From the NCBI GenBank assembly GCA_002340085.1, contig DDKR01000153.1, forward strand, positions 1 through 35,758: 35,758 nucleotides of DNA, given 5' to 3'. The notes beneath the pieces are model-generated. The model worked only from the letters and a program-made list of their open reading frames with translations, was not told the origin of the DNA and did no database searches. The position numbers and the translations under genes are program-made. Positions 24,001 to 33,000 of the stretch are shown here, piece after piece; the first letter of the stretch is position 1, and each line of letters begins with the position of its first letter. This DNA comes from Candidatus Omnitrophica bacterium UBA2593 (GTDB taxonomy: Bacteria > Omnitrophota > Gorgyraeia > Gygaellales > UBA2593).

Positions 24001-27000
24001 GAAAAAGAGCAGACCAAGGATTATTATTCTATGTAGTAAAGATCTTGAACAGAAGATAGAGAAACTTAAGGAAGAGCATTCTTTAAAGATTGTATTTGTG
24101 GAGGACTATCCAGCGGGGAGCAATGTAAAAGGGTTTCTTGAAAGAATAAGAGAAGAACTGCACTTAAAAAAAGTAAGTTCACCACTGGTTAAGAATGTTT
24201 CTATTCCGATAGATGTGCGGTTAACTAAGGAGAATAGAAGGGATAGAATAGAAGCAATTATGGGCTCGCTGGGAGGATCAATTTTAAGTTTAAGTTTTCT
24301 TTACCTTCCGTGGCCGGTGGTGAGAGGATTTTTCTTCTCAGCGGGCCTAAGAAAATATCTTGCTCTATTCACTAGGAGTCCATCTCTTACATTCGCTTGT
24401 TTAATAACTGCTTCCATCTTCCTCACTTCAATCATATTCTTAGTTCTCAATTCTCAACTATTAACTGGACTTTTAACCCCGCCACCTATCTTAAGAGCTA
24501 CCGTGGCAGTTGTCTTAGGATTGATGGCTTTTGTTGTAATTTGGGAGAGGTTGGCAGTCCTAAACCTCCAGGAGACGGCCCCTGTCAACCTCCCTATTAC
24601 AACTAATACAGGAGGTAAAGAAGGAATTCAAACTGAGACTCCCAATCTTATTACCTCCAATCATGCTACTTTATCAATTAAGTCTATTATCTCCAGTCCA
24701 GTGGCTTCGCCGCTCATTACCTCCAGCCCTACCATGACAGCCTATACTTTAAGAAAGGCAAATAATTTAAGGGAGGAAGATTCACCACTCACCACCCCCA
24801 ACCTTACCATTTCCAGCTCTGTTACCTCATTTGAGGAATTTCTTGCTGGTATAAAGAAGTTAGAGGAGTGTCTGAAGGTTTTAGAGGAGTATTTAAAAGG
24901 AGCCCTTATTCCTACTATAGAAAAGACTACGAGAGAGATAGTAGATATTTTCAATAATCCCTCCTTTAAAAAGACATTAAGCAAATTTTTAAACGAGGAA
25001 ATCACCCATGAAATAAAGGCTGACTTGACTATAGTATGTGGGTATTGCCAGTTACAGGCATCAGAAGAAGAGAAAGAGCGTTCTATAGAAAAGCTCAATT
25101 CAATAAAAGCGCGCTTGATTGAAGTTAAAATAAAAGAAATTCTTTCACATTTTTCTTCTAGAATGGGATGGAGTGTTTTGATTTTGGCAGAGAATACCCA
25201 GAGATTAGAAGAACTTAAGGCGACATTCTCAAAATTAGGTGAATCAGAGTTAGTAAGTAAGACAGAAGAAATAATAAGAATTTGTAGACAAGAAGTCACC
25301 CTTCAACAGAAAAGCGAGTCTTACCTCGAGGCTACAGAGATAATTAACTCCATCCAAGATAAGCTTTCACCCGAAGGAAGTCAAATTGAACCCTCCACAG
25401 CTCAGACAACTTCACCACTCAAGATTGCTTTTAGTCCAATGGGTTTGTTGTCAGTTAGAGTCAAAAGAGATATAATAGGAGCAATTGTGGGTCTGCTGGG
25501 AGGAATTTTAGGTTTTTTCTACCTCACGTGGCTGGTGGGGAGAAAATCTATCTTTCCAGCGGGCCTAGAAAAATATCTTGCTTTACTTATTCACAGTCCA
25601 CCTCTTACATTCAGCTGTTTAGTAGCTACTTTCATCCTTCTTAACTCAATAAACTCAATAGATCTATCTCTAATCCCATCCTCAATCTCCAATCCTCAAT
25701 TATTAATTGGATTCTTAACCCGGCCACCTATCTTAAGAGCTACCGTGACAGTTGTCTTAGGATTGATGGCTTTTGTTGTAATTTGGGAGAGGTTGGTAGC
25801 CTTAACCTCCAGGATGGCCCCTGCCAACCTCCCTATTACAACTGATGGAGGAGACAAAATTTCTTATTATTCCTTGAGGAATACTGTAGAGAGAGAGCTT
25901 AAAGAGAAAAGGCTTGATTGGTATTTTATCTTCAGGAGGATTAAAGACCAAGGTTTTTCAGCTGCTTCGCCTATCAGGATAAAGAATGTGGTAATAATAG
26001 GAGTTCTAATAGTAGCATCACTTTTTGGGTTGTTAAAGTGCAGGGATTTTTTAAGAAAGCAGGATGAAATGCTTGAGGCAATGGAGATTCTTCGGGAAGG
26101 AAGAGAATCCACTTTTGGTCCGAGTTTTGGCGTGCTTTCACCAGAAGCCTTAAAAGAATTGATAAACTCCAAAACCTCTTATTCTCATCCAAGGTCGGTT
26201 ATGGAGTTGGTAGATAAATTGGCTTCTCTCTTTGGTGTATCTCCTACTGATGAACAAAGGTATGATTGTTTACTGAAGATTCAGACGATGGAAGGAAAAA
26301 TCAACGGATACAAAGGTTATATTTCAGAATTAGAAAGACGCTTTGGTTTACCTTCTGGGATAATGGGTGCAATTATAAGAGCAGAGATGTTTGGCTTAGC
26401 ACCTTTTGAAGAATTCACTGATTCTATAGGAGGGGTACTTACAGGAAAGACTTCTATAGGTCCTACTCAGGTGAGGATAGATACTGTGCGGATGTTATAT
26501 CCAGAGTACAGAAAAGCTTCTAACTTCAGGATTACTCAACTTCTTCAGGATGATAAATTTGCCCTTGAAGCAGGAGCAAAATATATACAGTGGTTAGTTA
26601 AAAAGATGGGGTTAGATCTTAAGAATTCTGGAGATCGGTTAAGGCTTTGGGTTGCTTATACAGCAGGACATCAATCACCGGCTTTTAAAGAAATCAGAAA
26701 ACCTCCATTTAGAAGAAATTTTAAAAAGGAAGATTGGGTTGCCAATGAAGCATGGGCTTATGCCTATGTAGCGGAAGCATTTTGCCGATACTTATCTACA
26801 CGGGCTTCTTCTGAGGCCTCTTCATCTTCTGTGGCTGATGAGAAGAAATCTGTTTTCTTAAAAGGATGTCGTGCAGTTAGAATCACCAGTTTAGCATCAG
26901 CAATTTCATTTTTAGGAACAATTCCTTTATTTACTCCTTTGGTGTCTTTTGCTACGGTATTGGCGGTGGGGATAGCTGTTTATTATGGGATGAAGAAGAT

Positions 27001-30000
27001 TGTTGGGTTTGTTAAGGTTGGTTTGGTCTTTAATCCTCAGCAAAACTCAAGGAAAGATGAGCTTGACGAGACTGGAGTTGGAGCTGAGATTAAAGAATTA
27101 ATTGATAAGTTTGGGAGAGTGTTGGAGGAAGTTCTAATAGGGAGAGGAGATAAATATTCTGAAGATATTTTTGCTGAGCAGTCTGAGGTAGCTTTATTGG
27201 TTCAGTCTACAAAGCAAGTAGTAGAGATTGCTTGTTCTAAAGGTAAGACATATATCTTAGCTTTAGCAGCTCTAATCAAATACCGTACAACGGGTATTCC
27301 TTCCTTGGCCTTTGTTCCTGCTTTTGGTTTAGGTTTAGATGCCTTTGAGAAACACAGGATACATCAGATATTAGGTAAGGTTGATCCTAATTTTAAGGTG
27401 GGTTTGGTAGATTTTGCTGAGGGAAAGGGTAAAATCTATGATGGGGATGGCGAATGGAGAGAAGTTAGTATAGCTGAAGTTTATAGCAAGTGTGGTTTGG
27501 TCTATAGTACAGTAGAAGATACAGTGCATAATTATTTAAGCGAGCATCTATCCCGAGAAGATAGAGACTTAGCTTTAATTACTCGCAAATGGTGGGTATT
27601 CTTTGATGAAGTGCATTTGACTTTGTTGGGTGAGCGCTTAGGAAACCCATTTGTTATCTCTGAGATGACCAAGCAATATTCAGAAGTTGTAGAAGAAGCC
27701 AATGATATAGCAAGAGAACTTTATGAGTTAGTGGAAAAAAATGGGGCTCTTCTGAAGAGCGAATATCATAGGATAGATGAGAAGGATAGGAAGGTAAAAC
27801 TTACTAGAATAGGAAGTAAATTTGTAAAAGAAAGACTTAAAAAGACAAAGTTATTGAGAAATCGGGGTAATTGGAAAGACTTTGTAGATACTGCCTTATG
27901 TGCTTGGTTCTGTTATAAAGAAGGTAGAGATTATCTTCATAATCCTGGTTTACCAGAGGGAGAAGAGATTTCCATCATTAGAGAGAGTGGAGAGAGAGGA
28001 AAAGAATCTTACAGCCATGGTTTACATCAGGCAATTCGTGCTAAACACGGCTATAACCCATTCAGAGATGGAAAGACTATTGCCTCAATTATGTTAATGG
28101 GTTTCCTAAGTGATCTGGAAGTGGTAGAAGGTTACTCAGGAGTGAGCGGGACCATAGATAGAGAAATGGCAAATGCTTTAGGATTAGGGGTTCAGATTAT
28201 TGAAGAAAAAGAGAAGCCAAATATCGTTCAAGAAGGATTTATTCGGATGTCAGTAAAACCAGATATTCAAGGATTGGTAGAGATTGTAGTAGAAAAAGTT
28301 AAGAGAGGACAGCCGGTTTTAATAAGGGTAGAAGATATTTCTCGGGTTGAAAAGGTAAAGGAAGCTTTAAAGGTAGAAGGCCTGGAGATAGAAGTGAAGA
28401 GTTTAGATGCCAGGACTGAAGCTGGTGAGAGACAGAGAATCCTTGAGAGTGCAGGTAAACCAGGAGCAGTTACTGTTGTTACTGCTGCGGGCAATACAGG
28501 TATAGATATCAGTCTTATGGAAGAAGCGATTGAGAAAGGCGGTTTGACAGTTATAGCGTTTGGCCTCTTGGAAGACAGATTGCAAGAGATACAACTGATG
28601 CGACGGGCAGCAAGGAGGGGAGAACCGGGAGAGTTTATTGTTTTCGGTTCACTTGAAGATAGAGTAGTAAGGCTTTATGCTAAGGATTATATCCCGGTGG
28701 CTAAAGGAATTTTAGAGAGAGCAGCAAAAGGTGATAGAAAAGCTCAGATTAAAGTTAGAAAAGTGGTTATGCAATTGCGTAAGACAATTAAAGATGCGAG
28801 ACTTCAACAGATCAGAAGGAGAGTTAAGATAGAGCAAATGATTACCCAAGCTTGGCAGAGGCGTTGTAATTTGAGAGAGAACATTAAGAATGGTTTGCTG
28901 GTAGAGGCTGTGGCGAAACTGATCGGTGTAGAGTTGAATGAGGAGAAGAAAGAGCAATATCAACAAGCAGCTTTAGAATTACTAGATAGGTATTGGGTTG
29001 AGTTTATTGCACGGTGCGATGAAGCAAGATATCAGCTGCTCAATAGATTTGGTTATGATTACACAGAGTGTCAAGGTATTCTGCAATTTCCAGTTGATTC
29101 GCAGTATATGAAAGAGGTAGGTAGATACACCGACGAGTTTATGTATTATACAGAAGCTAATACTTTCCTCTATATGTTGAAAGAAGCAGGAAAGAGTTTA
29201 GATGATTTGAATCTTAAGAGATCCTTCATTTACTGGTTTAAGAGAGTAAGGAATTTTGTTGTCCAAAAAAGTCCAGTTGTTATAGCTGCTGTAATTTTAT
29301 CCTTTGTAGTCTATGGGTTATACCGTCTGAGTTTTGGTTTATTTGGGCTTATCTCAACTCCTACACAACCCTCTGGTTTTGCCCGGGTTTTGATTGATTT
29401 TATTGTTAGTCTGTCTGCTCTTAATCAGGTATCATTGGTTGCAATCATAGTGATTGCGATGGTCTTTCTCTTATTCATTAATCGCAACCTTATCTTTCCG
29501 GCTTTAGCTAAAGACAGAAGCGAAAACTCGTTATCCGATGCTCTGTTTGGAATAAAGACAGAAAACCAGAATTTGACTTCATTCTCCCTCGCAGTTTACA
29601 AGAAGGTCTATCCAGTTATTGCACAGATTAGTACAGGAGTATCTCTAGTTATATTCGGCTTGTCTATTTTCACTGGTAGTAATTTGCTACTGAGTACAGT
29701 AGCATTTATCTCTATCTTCGCTTTAGGACTAGCTTTAATTACTTTGAGTGATTCAGGGTTAAAGGCATATATAAGACAAAATAGGATTTCTCTGCCATCT
29801 ACCTTGTTTGGGAGTTACGCTTACTATTTTGCTTTTAGTATCTTGGTTTATCTGGGAGTAATCTTTGGATTAGGTTATTTTGGCATTACTCCTGTGGTTA
29901 TGGATATGAGTATCTATTTGAGTATAGTTATCTTAGGGGGTGGGCTCCTTGCTTATTTCATCTATATGATGAATCAGTATTTGGATAGACGGTTTAATGA

Positions 30001-33000
30001 TAAACCCAAGGAAGTAGAACGAGATGTCGCTTTTGCTGGCATATTAGGAAGTGGTGCTTTGGCGGGCTTACTTATACATCTCCAAGAGATGGAATTACTT
30101 ACCCCTAATACTATTTCTACTATTTACGCTTCAATTTGGCCGGCGGTTCAGTTAACTGTAATATTAATGTTTCCACTCGCCTTGGTTGTTTTAGGTAAAC
30201 TTATTTTTGGTATTACGCGTGCTCAGATGTTGGGTGAAAAGATAGTAGAAAATGACGGTGTGGTTTTGAAGAGAGGTTTTTCGGAGAGTGTAAGGGAAGT
30301 CTTAAGATTAAAGCATATCAAGACTTGTATTGGTGTGGTTTTACGGGCGTTGATAATAAACATTATTCCTACCAGTATTATTTTTGGTGGTCTGCTTTTC
30401 TTATGGAAGATCTATACTGATACAAATATCGCCTTGGGGCTATTAAATACAATTACTCCTTACTCTTTAATAATAGCAGGAGTTGTTTTGATTATAATTT
30501 TAGCAACTTTAGCATTTAGTCCTAAAAAGGTAAGTGTAGCAACTGGTACAGTGTTAGGTGTGGGTGCAGTAGGGGGTATGACTATGGTTCAACAACAGAC
30601 AGGGCAAATGATCGAATTTAAAGCCTATTGTGCTGAACTCTTCGGAATTTCTAGAGAAGAATTTAAAGATCCGCGGGTAAGGATAGCCGTAGAAGAAATG
30701 AGAAAAGAGATAGAAAGATTAAAATCAGCCACTAATGATTCTTCTAAGTCCGGAAGAACTACTACAGCTGGAGGTACGCAAGGTAATCAGACTACAAATG
30801 ATCCAGATAAGACTGAATCATCTAAAGTTAACTTACAAGAGCCTCCAAGAGGGGGAAAGATTGAACCACTGAAAGAAGGTCCAGGTAATACCTTCTCAAA
30901 AGAAAATCCTCACAATAAATCTCCACCAAAATCTCAAAGTAAATCCTTCCTACAAAAACTCACTTCTTCTCTCAAAGAGAGTTTGAATTCTTTGAGTAAT
31001 CTTTTCATACCTTCTCTTAATGCTGAAGAAATAGATAACTTCCACAGCACCAGAGTTTATACTGAGAATACCACCCCAGGAGTGGAAAGAGAAGATTGTC
31101 TTTCTTTACAAGAGCCAGTTAAATGGCATCTTCCAATTAAAGTTCCTTATACTCTAACCAATGAAGGTAAATTTGGTGCTTCCAGAGATAGAGATGAACT
31201 TAGTGAACCAGGTTACGGTAAGCCAGATGAGATACCTCATACTGGCCTTGACTTCTGTGTTCCAAAAGGAACGCCTATATATGCAGCTTTAGAAGGCGTG
31301 GTTATCTTTAGCGGTGAACTTAATGGCTATGGAAAGACAATAATCATCAAGCATTCAGAGGGATGTTATACCTTATATGCTCATAATCAGGAAAATTTAG
31401 CTAGAGAAGGAGAGAAAGTCTCTCAGGAGACAGTGATTGCTAAAGTCGGCCGGAGTGGTAATGCGGGACAAGTTGGAGAGATGCTTCATTTTGAAGTAAT
31501 AGAGTCAGAGGTTGAGCTAAGTAATTATCAGGGATTAAGAGAGACATTGGCTACGGGAAAAGCAAAATATCGCAATCCTGAGGAGGTATTGGGATTGACT
31601 ATTTCTGATCGGGTAGTGGAAAATGGTGATTTAACCTCAACATTAGAAGAAAAAGCGGAAAGCTTGAGGGAACTTTTGAATTCAGGAATAGAATATTACA
31701 ATCAAGGAGATTTTAAGACTGCTATAACGATTTTCAGTGAAGGCATTAATTTAAACCCTTCCTTCTCTGAGGGGTATTTTTGGCGAGGAGCTACTTATTA
31801 TCATTTAAAGCAGTATTATGAAATGATAGAGGATTTTAAAAGATCTGAAGAGGTTAAAGAGACCAAACGGGAAATAGTATCTTCTTACACAAAAGGAGAA
31901 ATTCTTATATATAATAGTGGTAGAGTTCTTGAGGGAGGAGATCTCCAAATCAAATCAGAAGAGTTATTTTCGAACTATTTATTTTCGAGTGTTTTAATTG
32001 AAGATGCTAAAAAATGGATAGAGAGACTAGAATCAGCTCGTCTTCAAAGTAATATTTCTAAACCAGAGGAGAAAGAAGGGCCGGTTATTTTCGTATTGGA
32101 TAAAGGTGTGAATGCAGATCTTGTTGGGGGTTCAATTAAAGGTATAGGGAATAAAGGAGATTTAATAACCTGGTTAAGTCATGGCACTTTTGTAGCAAAG
32201 GTTATTCGTGATCTGTCTTCAGCTGAGATTATATCTATTGACATAACGAGACAATCAAAGACAGGCCCCCTTTTCGTTACAGATACAAAGAAGATTTCCC
32301 AATCTCTGATTCAGATACTCGCCTATATGAAAGAGAATCCCAGGGTAAAGGTAATAGTAAATATTTCTTTCAGTGGATCTTTTGGAGACTTCAATGATCT
32401 TTTAGATGTAGTCTTAATGCAAGCTATTATCCAACAAGGTGGAGTTATTGTTGCAGGCGCAGGGAATGAGGGCACTTCTTTATCTCGAATATCCAGGTAT
32501 CCTGTTTGTTATCCGGGTGTTATTGGGGTAGGCGCGATTAAAAAATCAGGAAACAAGGCCGATTATAGCAATTGGTCTAATGGCCTTCTCGTTGCTCCTG
32601 GGTGGATTAATGGGAGTGAGGAATGGAAAAATTTAACCAAAGAAGAGTACGGATGCGATATTGAAGAAATATATGGTACTTCCTTTAGTGCTCCTTATGT
32701 TGCTGGTCTAATTGCTAAGATATGCGAAGAATTTGGGTTCACACCTCAGCAGGCATATAAGATTATTGAAGAGACTGCAGAGCCTTTAAAAGTTTTTGAT
32801 AATTCCCCGAATTATTTCTTGAAAAAAGTTGATCCTTTCCGAGCATTAAAAAGAGCAAGAGAAGAGAAATATTCCAAACCCGCATTGGAAAGGGTCGGAT
32901 CATTATTTAATTTTCTCTTTCCACCACCTCTTTATGCTACAGGAGTAGATAATTCAACTACTACAGAACAACCTAATCTTAATTTCAAACCCGTATCGGA

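Noticed and set aside
24397-24606. 69-aa + strand frame-1 ORF (TTG start) overlapping hairpin copy 3.
   Set aside because: It has no SD and a weak start. Its only similarity to the nested-ORF loci (DGFCC...) is the out-of-frame reading of the conserved hairpin DNA. It lacks the ~95-aa conserved body and ends right after the hairpin. It is kept only as context for the frameshift hypothesis.
24742-25299. 185-aa minus-strand ORF, the longest in the supplied track. Others of the same kind lie at 9301-9828, 4177-4653, 1666-2076, 11605-11943, 17893-18213, 13474-13785, 25867-26172 and elsewhere.
   Set aside because: All lie antisense to the continuous frame-2 ORF. Their translations are low-complexity and Ser/Leu/Phe/Pro-rich, which is the mirror image of a purine-rich GAA/AAG/AGA sense strand. 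They contain no recognisable motifs and have no convincing SD. They are typical antisense shadow ORFs.
27900-28097. 65-aa + strand ORF in frame 3 (GTG start) inside the SecA-like domain.
   Set aside because: It has no paralogue, no SD and no conserved-looking sequence. It overlaps the best-conserved SecA blocks of frame 2 (GLHQAIRAKHG). It is most simply a chance open stretch.
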